Part shown: positions 47,642-57,174 of the stretch, in pieces
Layout of the letters: every line of letters starts with the position of its first letter
Numbering within the stretch: position 1 is the stretch's first letter
From: an uncultured Candidatus Saccharibacteria bacterium
GTDB lineage: Bacteria; Patescibacteriota; UBA1384; XYA2-FULL-43-10; 1-14-0-10-43-13
Length of the DNA stretch: 61,563 nucleotides
Reading direction: 5' to 3'
NCBI GenBank assembly: GCA_964364265.1
Contig: CAYILA010000006.1
Location: 1-61,563 of the forward strand
The notes under the pieces: model-generated
Database searches by the model: none
What the model saw: only the letters and a program-made list of their open reading frames with translations
What the model was told of the DNA's origin: nothing
Made by a program: the position numbers and the translations under genes

Positions 47642-48280
47642 ATGAATAGAATACACAATCAATTGATGATACCGCCCGCGCTTTTTTTATTGATTAATGC
47701 CGCCAAAGCCCGGGCGGCTTGTCCGGTTTGCACCGTGGCGGTTGGCGGCATGATGGTGCTTCTTGAAAAATACGGCGTCGACAATACGATCAGCGGGGTT
47801 TGGATCGGCGGTTTTATTCTCTCGACCACGCTCTGGGCAATTAATATTTTAAACAAAAGGAGCTATAAGTTCTTTGGCATGAAGATGGTATTGTTGCTAT
47901 TTTTCTACCTCTCGTTGATTGTGCCGCTTCAATATAAAGGCATCATCGGAATTCCTAGCAAAATGATTTGGGGCATGGATAAGGCGCTTCTGGGAATGCT
48001 TCTCGGTGGTGTTTTCTTTCAGGCCGCCCACCTGGCATATCTAAAAATTAAAATTAAGAATAACAATAAGCCGTGGTTTCCCTTTCAGCGCGTGGTGATG
48101 CCGGTTCTCTCGCTGGCCTTTTTGAGTTTAATATTTTACTTGATTTCCAGTCCTAAATACCTTTGGCATGATATCAGGGGCTACGCTGAAACACCGTTGT
48201 TTTGGATAGTTGTTCCGGTTGTGCTGATCGGCCATTTATTGCTATTTCGATCAATGGACCGTCTTCCGGCTTGCCACTAA
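47642..48280 (+). CDS. polytopic membrane protein with N-terminal CPVC motif, function unknown
   Basis: ORF track 47573... Probable start MNRIHNQ at 47642. ARAACPVCTVAVGG at the start of TM1. Several further TM helices. Confidence 0.55.
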   Translation: MNRIHNQLMIPPALFLLINAAKARAACPVCTVAVGGMMVLLEKYGVDNTISGVWIGGFILSTTLWAINILNKRSYKFFGMKMVLLLFFYLSLIVPLQYKGIIGIPSKMIWGMDKALLGMLLGGVFFQAAHLAYLKIKIKNNNKPWFPFQRVVMPVLSLAFLSLIFYLISSPKYLWHDIRGYAETPLFWIVVPVVLIGHLLLFRSMDRLPACH

Positions 48281-48324
48281 AGCGGTATTTATGGTAAAAT
48301 AAATACAGATAACAGGGAGCCGAT

Positions 48325-48459
48325 ATGATGGATTATAATATGATGGGCGGGGTGGGCGGATCGAATATGATGTTTTTTGCCTGGGTTGCCTATGTTTTGT
48401 TCGTTGTCCTGCTTATTTTGGGCATAGTAGCGCTTTGGAAATATATCAACAGGCAGTAG
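48325..48459 (+). CDS. hidden 44-aa Met-rich membrane peptide MMDYNMMGGVGGSNMMFFAWVAYVLFVVLLILGIVALWKYINRQ
   Basis: Hand translation. AGGGAG lies 5 nt upstream of the ATG. Met-rich N-terminus plus one TM helix. Lies inside the copper island. Confidence 0.5.
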   Translation: MMDYNMMGGVGGSNMMFFAWVAYVLFVVLLILGIVALWKYINRQ

Positions 48460-48472
48460 ATTAGGAGACAAC

Positions 48473-48721
48473 ATGGATGCAGAGAGAGTGACAAAAGCGG
48501 CGGTCATCTGGATGACTGTCGTCTACATTATTTGCGCGCTTGGAGTGGCTTTGTTTCCGGGACTGGCCGAAACGGTAATGCGGTCGGTGTTTCATGGGCT
48601 AGCCGTTACTTCAAATCCCGAAGTTTCTTTGGCGGGGGCGATCACCGGTCTTATATATCTCGATATCATGACCGCAATCGGCGCCTACCTTTTCGCCGTT
48701 CTTTACGGCAAAGGGAAATGA
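48473..48721 (+). CDS. small two-TM membrane protein, function unknown
   Basis: ORF track. GGAGAC upstream of the ATG. Hydrophobic. Confidence 0.5.
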   Translation: MDAERVTKAAVIWMTVVYIICALGVALFPGLAETVMRSVFHGLAVTSNPEVSLAGAITGLIYLDIMTAIGAYLFAVLYGKGK

Positions 48722-48767
48722 TTCAAACTACTAATCGTAATTTTTAGCTTTTAAATTGCGTTACAAA

Positions 48768-48790
48768 AAGAACTCGCCCGAGTTCTTTTT
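48768..48790 (+). terminator. Rho-independent terminator at the end of the copper island
   Basis: aagaactcg-cc-cgagttctt followed by ttt. Confidence 0.7.
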
Positions 48791-48865
48791 AATTTCTCCG
48801 CTTATTCCATAAGTATTTATACTAGAAAATACATATTCCGGCCATGAAAACGATTCATTTATTCG

Positions 48866-49792
48866 ATGAATATTGATATAATGATATTGAAATTAACGGG
48901 AGGGTATCTATTGATCGAGCCGTTGGCCGGAAAAGTATTGGGCGCCTCGGAGCAGGCAAAGTTCTTTCTGGAAAATTTGAGATTTACCTCCAGCCCTCTT
49001 TTTGTGATTGATATTTTAATCGTCTCATTTCTTTTTTATTATGTCTTTGTTTTTCTAAAAGAAACTCGGGCGATGCGGATTTTATATGGTCTCATCTTTT
49101 TAATCATTCTGATGGCGCTAGGTAGTTTGCTTAATCTAGTATTATTAAATTGGATATTAAAAAGCTTGATGGCAATGCTGCTGGTGGCAATCCCGGTCGT
49201 CTTCCAACCAGAGCTTCGGGCCGTTCTGGAAAAAGTCGGCCGCTCCCGGCTTTTGAGCGAGCGGGTTTTTTCAAAAGAGGATTACGGCGAGGTGGTTTCG
49301 GATGTGATTTTTGCCGCCAAATATTTATCTGAAAAAAAGATTGGCGGTTTGATCATATTCCAGCGGTCGGACAGTTTATCCGATTATATTGAAAGCGGGG
49401 TGGCAATCGACGCCAAGGTTTCGACCCAGCTGCTTCTCTCAATTTTTTACCCCAAATCACCGCTTCACGACGGAGCGGTCGTTATTGTAGGAGACCGGAT
49501 TATTTCGGCCCGCTCGATTCTGCCGGTTTCGGAGGAGCGTTTAAGTCCGGATCTTGGAATGCGCCATAAATCTGCTGTCGGAGTAACTGAAAACTCCGAT
49601 GCGGTAGCCCTTATTATTTCGGAAGAATCAGGTTTCATTTCTTTGTCGACATACGGGAAACTGGAGCGGAGAATCTCGGAGGAGCGGTTACGCAACCGTT
49701 TGATCGGGTTGCTTCGTCATGGTAAAAACGACCAGAATAATAACCGTACCATCCAAAAAGGTGAAAACGGATCGGATGGCGAATCAAAATAA
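48866..49792 (+). CDS. cdaA: diadenylate cyclase CdaA (DisA_N domain)
   Basis: ORF track. Three N-terminal TM helices. Motifs: HDGAVVI, GMRHKSAVGVTENSDAVALIISEESG. Confidence 0.9.
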   Translation: MNIDIMILKLTGGYLLIEPLAGKVLGASEQAKFFLENLRFTSSPLFVIDILIVSFLFYYVFVFLKETRAMRILYGLIFLIILMALGSLLNLVLLNWILKSLMAMLLVAIPVVFQPELRAVLEKVGRSRLLSERVFSKEDYGEVVSDVIFAAKYLSEKKIGGLIIFQRSDSLSDYIESGVAIDAKVSTQLLLSIFYPKSPLHDGAVVIVGDRIISARSILPVSEERLSPDLGMRHKSAVGVTENSDAVALIISEESGFISLSTYGKLERRISEERLRNRLIGLLRHGKNDQNNNRTIQKGENGSDGESK

Positions 49793-51005
49793 AATGATTC
49801 AAAAATTAACCCACAATTTTGCCATAAAAATAATCTGCTTTCTGGCGGCGGCCTCTCTTTGGGTTTATGTTTCGGCAAGCCAAAACGCGGTTGCAAAATT
49901 TCCAAGCAGTATTCCGATAAAAGTGATTAATGCGCCAAGCGGTTTGGTGGCGGTCTATGACCAAAAAACGGTTGATTTAAAAATCATGGCCGAGCCATCG
50001 GTCTGGCGCCAACTTTCCAATAAATCATTTTCGGCCTACATCGATCTTTCCGGAGCGACGGAGGGCACTTTTGAATTGCCGCTCAATGTGGTTTGTTCGG
50101 TTCCAAATGTAACGATAGCCGAGAAAACTCCGAGCTCCATTATTGTAAGCTTGGAGCCGATTATTACCAAAGATGTCACAATTAATAAAAAAATCGAGGG
50201 AAACGCCGGCGAGGGTTTGGTGGCTGGAAATATCGATCTGACTCCGGACAAGGTGTCGGCAAAGGGAGCCAAAAGTTTGATTGACAATTTAAATGAAGCA
50301 ACTGTGATTATTGGTCTGAACGGTGAAACGGAGGATTTTTCCAGAAATGTGCCGGTGGTAGCCATTGACGAAAAGGGGGAGATAATCTCCGACATCAGTT
50401 TCAATCCGGAGCAGGTCAAAGCGGAGGTACCGATCGTCCGAGCTTCGAACAATAAAACGGTCGGGATTAAAGTTGTGGTTTCGGGCGTGCCCAAAAACGG
50501 ATCGTATCTCTCTTCGATCGTCGCTACTCCTTCGACGGTGGATATCACCGGGCCAAGTTCGGTCCTATCTTCAATCAACTATATTGAGACATATGGAATT
50601 GATCTGTCCACTATCGATTCGACAGACACAAAAGATGTCAATCTGAATCTGCCAGATGGCATTGCCCTTCAGGCGGGATTGGTAAATTCTGTCAAGGTCA
50701 AAATTATCCTTTCGAACGAAGCGACTTCCCGCGAGATGACAGCCAGCGTATTGTTTCAAAATTTGGCTTCCAATCTGCGTGTTTCATCCCAGAACCCTAG
50801 CCAGATTAAAGTGGTTGTGACAGGGGATATTTCAAAAATAAATGATTTAGGGACCTCGGACGTGGTGGCCCAGATCGATCTTTCCGGGAAAAGTAGCGGG
50901 AACTACAGCGTTAGTTTAAGTCCCCTAAATATTAAAGTGCCGGACGGGATATTTGTAGCTTCAATTACTCCCTCGGCTTTAATAGTCGTACTCGAAAACC
51001 AATAA
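49776..51005 (+). CDS. cdaR: YbbR-domain protein (CdaA regulator CdaR)
   Basis: ORF track 49719... ATG at 49776 or 49794. N-terminal TM helix then repeated YbbR-like beta-rich modules. Conserved position after cdaA. Confidence 0.75.
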   Translation: MANQNKMIQKLTHNFAIKIICFLAAASLWVYVSASQNAVAKFPSSIPIKVINAPSGLVAVYDQKTVDLKIMAEPSVWRQLSNKSFSAYIDLSGATEGTFELPLNVVCSVPNVTIAEKTPSSIIVSLEPIITKDVTINKKIEGNAGEGLVAGNIDLTPDKVSAKGAKSLIDNLNEATVIIGLNGETEDFSRNVPVVAIDEKGEIISDISFNPEQVKAEVPIVRASNNKTVGIKVVVSGVPKNGSYLSSIVATPSTVDITGPSSVLSSINYIETYGIDLSTIDSTDTKDVNLNLPDGIALQAGLVNSVKVKIILSNEATSREMTASVLFQNLASNLRVSSQNPSQIKVVVTGDISKINDLGTSDVVAQIDLSGKSSGNYSVSLSPLNIKVPDGIFVASITPSALIVVLENQ

Positions 51006-51125
51006 GTTGCAAAATACAAAAACAAAAAAAGGGTCTTGACAAGGAAAATGGGTCTGATAAACTGTCAAATGTGTTGTCAAAACCCCGATCAAACGGTCGG
51101 GGCTTAAAGCAACATATTGAAAATT

Positions 51126-52286
51126 ATGGCGATCATACCAGAAGATCCTTCACCTATTTATAAACAGGTGAAGCAAACAAAAATCTCGCTTCGGTTATCC
51201 AAAATCAAAAATTACATTTATACGATAAAAGAGAGGTTCTTGGCTGTTACTGGCCAGTTTTTAAGAAATAAAAATATCGATGTTACCAATGTAACCGATA
51301 CGATCTTAGAAAAAGCCAGTCCAAAGTATCACTTTGGCAACGCCAAGAATTTTTTAGTTGGCAAACTGCCGCATATCCTGATTGTCTTCTTGGCTGTTAT
51401 TGTCGGTTTTGCCAATCTCTCCGAAAAGATTACAGCTTCAAATTATTTTAAAGATTTCATCTATGTCGATCCTGATTCGGAACGGCAAATTGCCAAAAGC
51501 ATCGATGCTTTCACGCCTTCAATTCGGGCCGATGACGAAAGCGTGGCAAAATCGGTCTCAACCGTGATCTCTCCAGAGGGCTTTGCCTCCTCTGTCGGAA
51601 GTGTTGAGACCCAAATTACAGCTCGAGAGGAGCCGTTGCCGGACAACACAAACGCCACAGTCAGTTATCGGGTCAGAAATGGCGACACCATGACTAAAAT
51701 CGGATGGAAGTTCAATGTAAAGTTGGCAACCATAAAGTATATCAATGATCTTGAAAATTTAAATACAATCCGACCGGGCGTTCTTTTGAAAATTCCGCCG
51801 AAGGGATACGAAGTTTCTGCGGCGGCTATTGCTAAAAAGGAACAGGATAAGCAAAGGAAAATAGCCCTGAAGCGTTCGACTGTGACCCGAGGCACTTCTG
51901 TCGCCAGAGCGGCCGCCGACGGTTCGATTTACAGCGGTAAATTTATTGTTCCGATCACATATAAATATATTTCCCAATACTTTACTTACCGTCATCCGGG
52001 CATTGATTATGTTGCCTCGGTTGGCACGCCGGTAATGGCGGCCGGAAGCGGAACAGTCGTAGCCATCAGTTCGGGCTGGTCCGGCGGCTACGGATTTGTG
52101 GTTTTGGTCAATCACGGCAACGGCGTAGTGACTCGTTATGCCCATTTAAGCGGTGTCAATGTTTCGGCCGGCCAGCGAGTTGAGCAGGGGCAGATAATCG
52201 CTCGTTCGGGAAATTCCGGACGATCAACCGGTCCTCACCTTCACTTCGAGAAGATTATTAACGGCCGACAGACAAGCCCGTTCTAA
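51126..52286 (+). CDS. LysM domain - M23 family metallopeptidase
   Basis: ORF track 51117... LysM (YRVRNGDTMTKIGWKFNVKLATIKYINDL). M23 (HPGIDY, GNGVVTRYAHLS, GNSGRSTGPHLHFE). Confidence 0.85.
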   Translation: MAIIPEDPSPIYKQVKQTKISLRLSKIKNYIYTIKERFLAVTGQFLRNKNIDVTNVTDTILEKASPKYHFGNAKNFLVGKLPHILIVFLAVIVGFANLSEKITASNYFKDFIYVDPDSERQIAKSIDAFTPSIRADDESVAKSVSTVISPEGFASSVGSVETQITAREEPLPDNTNATVSYRVRNGDTMTKIGWKFNVKLATIKYINDLENLNTIRPGVLLKIPPKGYEVSAAAIAKKEQDKQRKIALKRSTVTRGTSVARAAADGSIYSGKFIVPITYKYISQYFTYRHPGIDYVASVGTPVMAAGSGTVVAISSGWSGGYGFVVLVNHGNGVVTRYAHLSGVNVSAGQRVEQGQIIARSGNSGRSTGPHLHFEKIINGRQTSPF

Positions 52287-52290
52287 AGTT

Positions 52291-53262
52291 ATGTTTATCG
52301 ATGAAGCAGAAATTTATCTAAAAGCGGGAAACGGCGGCGATGGCGCCGTTTCTTTTCGGCGCGAGAAATACATCCCGCACGGCGGGCCGGATGGCGGGGA
52401 CGGCGGAAACGGCGGCGACATTATTATCGAAGTGGATGAGAACTCTCACGCGTTAGCAGAATTTAATTATAAAAAAAGATTTTTAGCCGAAAACGGTCGC
52501 AATGGAATGGGCAGCAACAAAGCCGGCAAAGCCGGGCAGGATTTGGTGATCAAGATGCCGCCAGGAACCCAGATTTATAAGAAAAACGAGCTTGTCGCCG
52601 ATTTGGTCAAGAAAGGGGAGCAATTCTTGTTTTTAAAGGGCGGAAGAGGCGGTTGGGGAAACCAGCATTTTGCTTCCTCCATCAAACAGGCACCGGCTTG
52701 GTCAAAAAAGGGCGAGAAGGGTGAATCAATCAAAATCAGATTGGAACTAAAAACAATCGCCGACATCGGTTTGGTCGGAATGCCCAATGCTGGAAAATCG
52801 ACACTTCTTTCGGTTTTGTCAGACGCCAAACCAAGAATTGCCGATTATCCTTTCACTACACTTGAGCCGAATCTTGGTGTATTGAAAGGTGTCAAAAGCA
52901 GGAACATCATCATCGCCGATATCCCGGGGTTAATTGAGGGCGCCTCGCACGGCAAAGGTTTAGGGGACAAATTCCTGCGCCACATTGAGCGGACCAAAGC
53001 AATCGTTCACATTCTCTCCGCTTTTTCAGAGGATATTATTAAAGATTACAAAGTTATCAGAAAAGAGCTGAAAGATTTTTCACCGAAACTGGCCAGAAAG
53101 AAAGAGATTGTGGTTTTGAATAAAAGCGATCTTTTGAATGACAAAGAGCTTAACCAAAAAATCGTTGAGCTTTCAGCGTTAGGCGTTAAGCCCTTAATGA
53201 TTTCCGCCGCCACCCATCTGGGATTAGAGGATCTAACTGCCGCCATATTTAAATCCCTATAA
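52291..53262 (+). CDS. obg: GTPase Obg/CgtA
   Basis: ORF track. Gly-rich Obg fold (GGNGGDGAVSFRREKY..GGPDGGDGGNGGD), GMPNAGKST, DIPGLIEGA, NKSD. Confidence 0.9.
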   Translation: MFIDEAEIYLKAGNGGDGAVSFRREKYIPHGGPDGGDGGNGGDIIIEVDENSHALAEFNYKKRFLAENGRNGMGSNKAGKAGQDLVIKMPPGTQIYKKNELVADLVKKGEQFLFLKGGRGGWGNQHFASSIKQAPAWSKKGEKGESIKIRLELKTIADIGLVGMPNAGKSTLLSVLSDAKPRIADYPFTTLEPNLGVLKGVKSRNIIIADIPGLIEGASHGKGLGDKFLRHIERTKAIVHILSAFSEDIIKDYKVIRKELKDFSPKLARKKEIVVLNKSDLLNDKELNQKIVELSALGVKPLMISAATHLGLEDLTAAIFKSL

Positions 53263-53292
53263 GATATATTCATACATATCAACATCGGGATA

Positions 53293-53320
53293 TTGACAGG
53301 CGGATTGCTTGGAATATAAT
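53293..53320 (+). promoter_or_regulatory. consensus sigma70 promoter (distal, upstream of rpoB)
   Basis: TTGACA(53293-53298)-N16-TATAAT(53315-53320). Confidence 0.55.
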
Positions 53321-53363
53321 AGGTAGCGAGATGGTTCTCAAAACAATTTTTGCTTATTAAGTG

Positions 53364-53392
53364 TTGACAAGCGCAATTTTTTGTGATAGATT
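53364..53392 (+). promoter_or_regulatory. second sigma70-type promoter upstream of rpoB
   Basis: TTGACA(53364-53369)-N17-TAGATT(53387-53392) with an extended -10 TG. Confidence 0.5.
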
Positions 53393-53633
53393 TTGTTTGT
53401 TATCAGTTAAAGGCAAACTGACTTGGCAAAATATTTGATCTCAACAAATTAATGCCGCTATCAACCCACACACGATGGGGATTTTTTCGTGTCTAAAATC
53501 AAAAATTATCCCGAAAATAGGGTGGAAAACAAATACACAACTTGAGAAATAACTAAAATAGCAAGTCGCAAAGCAGTAATTTTCACTTTGCGTTTTACCA
53601 TTTTAATTTAATTTCATATCTCAAAGGAGCGCA

Positions 53634-56600
53634 ATGGCACCAACAACCAAGTCGGCCGATCGAGTCATGCCCAGAAGCGAAGCGCACTGGGAGAATCTCC
53701 CAAACCTCATTGAAATTCAGACGAAATCCTATGACTGGTTTTTCAAGGAGGGCCTGCGCGAACTCCTTGACGAAGTTTCTCCGATTGAAGACTTCACCGG
53801 CGAACTCTACTCACTTACTTTCGGCGATTATTTTTTGGAACAGCCGAAGGTTGATGAAAAAACAGCCAGAGAGAAGAATCTAACCTACAAGGCGCCGCTT
53901 CGGGTCAAAGCCCAGCTCCTGATCAAACAGACCGGCGAAATCAAAGAGGGCGAAGTCTTCTTTGGCGATTTCCCGCTAATGACCAACCGCGGCACATTCA
54001 TCATTAACGGTGTTGAGCGAGTGGTCGTTTCCCAGATTGTCCGATCTTTTGGTGTTCTGTTTACAGCCGAAAAAATCAGCGGTCAGAATTATTTCGGTGC
54101 CAAAATCATTCCTTCCCGCGGCGCCTGGTTGGAGATTGAAACGAACTCAAAAGGTATTATTTCGGTCAAAGTTGACCGCAAACGAAGAATCCCGATTACC
54201 ACTTTCCTGCGCGCTCTTGGAATCGGCGATGACGAAGAGATTAAATCACTATTTTCCGATGTTGATGACGGTGAACTGAAATTTGTCGAGGCCACCCTGG
54301 CCCGCGATCCGGCCAAGAACTACGAAGAGGGTTTGGTTGAGACCTACAAGAGAATTCGACCGGGCGATCTTGCCACCGCCGAATCGGCAAAATCTTTTAT
54401 CGAAGCGATGTTTTACAACAGCAAACGCTACGATTTGGGACGGGTCGGCCGTTACAAGATGAACCGAAGATTGAATGTCGAGATTCCAAACACGGTCGAA
54501 AACAGAATTTTACGAAGAGATGATGTTATCGGCATTATCAAAGAGATCATCAGATTAAACAACACCCCGATGGCCGAGCCGGATGATACCGACCATCTCA
54601 AAAACCGCCGGATCCGAGCCGTCGGCGAATCGATTCAGGGACGGGTTCGAGTCGGAATGCTTCGGGTTGAGAGAATCGTTAAAGACCGAATGAGCATCAC
54701 CGATCCTAATGATATCACTGCTTCCTCATTGGTAAACTCCCGTCCGATTGTGGCCGCCCTCCAAGAGTTTTTTGCCAGCTCCCAGCTTTCACAGTTTATG
54801 AATCAGACAAATCCGTTGGCCGAACTTGAACATAAGAGAACCCTGTCGGCGACCGGTCCGGGCGGTCTTTCGCGCGAGCGAGCCGGATTCGAGGTTCGCG
54901 ATGTTCACACCTCGCACTACGGCCGAATCTGTCCGATCGAATCGCCGGAAGGTCCCAACATTGGTTTGGTTTCATATCTTGCTAGCTACGCTCGGATCAA
55001 TGAATACGGATTTTTGGAGACACCATATCGAAAAGTCCACATGGAAGGCGGTAAAGCCAAAGTAACTGATGAAATCTTGTATCTGGATGCCGGTAAAGAG
55101 GAAAAAGCGGTTATCGCCCCTGCCTCGGTTGAAGTTGACGAAAATGACTATATTAAAGGCAAAACAGCCATTGTCCGGGAATACGGCGACCCGGAAATCT
55201 CTCCGGTCTCAAAAATCGAATATATGGATGTTTCGCCCCGACAGATTGTTTCGATTGCCACCTCCCTGATTCCGTTCGTCGAACATGACGACGGCGCCAG
55301 AGCGATGATGGGTTCAAACATGCAACGCCAGGCCGTGCCTTTGGTAAAGCCGGATTCTCCGATTGTCGGAACCGGTGTCGAACGGGCGGCCGCCCTTGAC
55401 TCCGGCCAGATTATTATCGCCAAAGAGGACGGGGTTGTTACAAAAGTAACTTCAGAGATGATTAAACTTACGAACAAAAAGGGTGAGGAAGTAGAATACA
55501 TTTTAGACAAATTCTCCCGTTCGAATCAGGGAACTTCAATTAACCAGCGTCCGATCGTCCATGTCGACGACAAGGTAAAAAGCGGCGATGTCATCGCCGA
55601 CTCTTCAGCCACTCATCAGGGTGAATTGGCGCTGGGCCAAAACCTCTTGGTCGGCTTTATGTCATGGGGCGGCTGCAACTACGAGGACGCTATTATCATT
55701 TCAAACCGCCTGGTCAAAGATCATACATTATCATCAATTCATATCGAACAATACTCGATCGAGGTTCGCGACACCAAACTCGGTCCGGAACTTCTGACTC
55801 GCGACATCCCGAATGTTTCCGAGGAAGCGCTTTCAAACCTTGATGAAGACGGCATTATCCGAATCGGCGCCGAAGTAATTTCGGGCGATATTTTAGTCGG
55901 CAAGATTTTGCCAAAGGGCGAAACAGAGCTATCCTCCGAAGAAAAACTGCTTCGGGCGATCTTCGGTGAAAAAGCCAAGGATGTCCGCGACTCATCCCTT
56001 CGATTGCCGCACGGCGAACAGGGAAAGGTTGTCGAAGTCAAAATATTTTCAAAGGAAAACGGCGATGAACTGCCATCAGGTGTTTACCAGATGGTTGAAG
56101 TTTCAGTGGCGCAACTTAGAAAGATTTCGATTGGTGATAAATTGGCCGGACGCCATGGAAATAAAGGCGTTATCTCGGTTATTCTTCCGGAAGAGGATAT
56201 GCCGTTTTTGCCGGACGGTCGAGCTGTTGATCTTGTCCTAAACCCATTGGGTGTCGTATCCCGAATGAATGTCGGCCAGATTTTGGAGGTTCACCTTGGG
56301 TTGGCCGCATCGACCGGCGGTTATAAAGTCGCCACTCCGGCCTTTGAGGGTATTAAATTAAATGAAATTACAGACCGATTAGCCGAGCAAAATCTGCCGC
56401 AGGACGGTAAAATCCAGTTATTTGACGGTAAGACCGGCGAGCCGTTTGACAGGAAAACGACTGTTGGTATTATGTATATTTTGAAGCTTCACCATTTGGT
56501 TGACGACAAGATGCACACCCGTTCGGTCGGACCATATTCCATGATTACTCAACAGCCCCTAGGGGGCAAGGCCCAGTTCGGCGGCCAGAGATTCGGTGAA

Positions 56601-57005
56601 ATGGAGGTCTGGGCGCTTGAGGCCTACGGCGCCGCCCACACTCTTCAGGAGATGTTAACCATCAAATCAGATGATATTGTAGGTCGCGGCAAGACCTACG
56701 AATCAATCATCAAAGGCGAGGAAATTCAGAAACCGCTTATTCCGGAGGCCTTTAATGTCATTATCAAAGAGATGCAAAGCTTGGGTCTGAATGTCGAACT
56801 GATGTCGGCTCAGGGTGTTAAAGATGAAGAGGATGAGATTGCCGAAACGGCGCCGGTAGCTGTCGCGGAAGAAGCGCCAATTGAGAATCCGCCAACTGGC
56901 GGAGATGATGAAACTGAAGAGGATATTGATGAAAAATTAACCGAAATCGCGGCTGAACAGACCGATCCGGAAGAGGATATCGTTTCAGAAGAAATCACAG
57001 AATAA
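53634..57005 (+). CDS. rpoB: DNA-directed RNA polymerase subunit beta (with acidic C-terminal tail)
   Basis: ORF track: [62 protein letters not shown]. Confidence 0.97.
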   Translation: MAPTTKSADRVMPRSEAHWENLPNLIEIQTKSYDWFFKEGLRELLDEVSPIEDFTGELYSLTFGDYFLEQPKVDEKTAREKNLTYKAPLRVKAQLLIKQTGEIKEGEVFFGDFPLMTNRGTFIINGVERVVVSQIVRSFGVLFTAEKISGQNYFGAKIIPSRGAWLEIETNSKGIISVKVDRKRRIPITTFLRALGIGDDEEIKSLFSDVDDGELKFVEATLARDPAKNYEEGLVETYKRIRPGDLATAESAKSFIEAMFYNSKRYDLGRVGRYKMNRRLNVEIPNTVENRILRRDDVIGIIKEIIRLNNTPMAEPDDTDHLKNRRIRAVGESIQGRVRVGMLRVERIVKDRMSITDPNDITASSLVNSRPIVAALQEFFASSQLSQFMNQTNPLAELEHKRTLSATGPGGLSRERAGFEVRDVHTSHYGRICPIESPEGPNIGLVSYLASYARINEYGFLETPYRKVHMEGGKAKVTDEILYLDAGKEEKAVIAPASVEVDENDYIKGKTAIVREYGDPEISPVSKIEYMDVSPRQIVSIATSLIPFVEHDDGARAMMGSNMQRQAVPLVKPDSPIVGTGVERAAALDSGQIIIAKEDGVVTKVTSEMIKLTNKKGEEVEYILDKFSRSNQGTSINQRPIVHVDDKVKSGDVIADSSATHQGELALGQNLLVGFMSWGGCNYEDAIIISNRLVKDHTLSSIHIEQYSIEVRDTKLGPELLTRDIPNVSEEALSNLDEDGIIRIGAEVISGDILVGKILPKGETELSSEEKLLRAIFGEKAKDVRDSSLRLPHGEQGKVVEVKIFSKENGDELPSGVYQMVEVSVAQLRKISIGDKLAGRHGNKGVISVILPEEDMPFLPDGRAVDLVLNPLGVVSRMNVGQILEVHLGLAASTGGYKVATPAFEGIKLNEITDRLAEQNLPQDGKIQLFDGKTGEPFDRKTTVGIMYILKLHHLVDDKMHTRSVGPYSMITQQPLGGKAQFGGQRFGEMEVWALEAYGAAHTLQEMLTIKSDDIVGRGKTYESIIKGEEIQKPLIPEAFNVIIKEMQSLGLNVELMSAQGVKDEEDEIAETAPVAVAEEAPIENPPTGGDDETEEDIDEKLTEIAAEQTDPEEDIVSEEITE
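56888..56903. repeat. palindrome variant TCCGCCAACTGGCGGA (PPTGG) in the RpoB C-terminal tail
   Basis: Read directly. One base differs from the 16-mer at 4135-4150. Confidence 0.85.
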
Positions 57006-57012
57006 CCAAAAC

Positions 57013-57149
57013 CCTACGAAAGTACGAATATAACCTGCCTACCGGCAGGCAGGCGAAAATACTAAAATACCAATCAATTCGTAATTTCGTACTTTAGAAA
57101 AATTCGTCCGCCTCGGCTCGTGCCGACGCGAGACGGGTAATTTTGTAGG
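57013..57149. repeat. family B palindromic element (rpoB-rpoC spacer) with nested modules
   Basis: Runs cctacgaaagtacgaa...ttcgtactttag...ttttgtagg. Encloses cctgcct-accggc-aggcagg (57034-57053) and the 30-nt module 57108-57137, which is identical to 8111-8140. Confidence 0.8.
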
Positions 57150-57174
57150 ATGTTAGGAAACTTAAGGAGATTTT

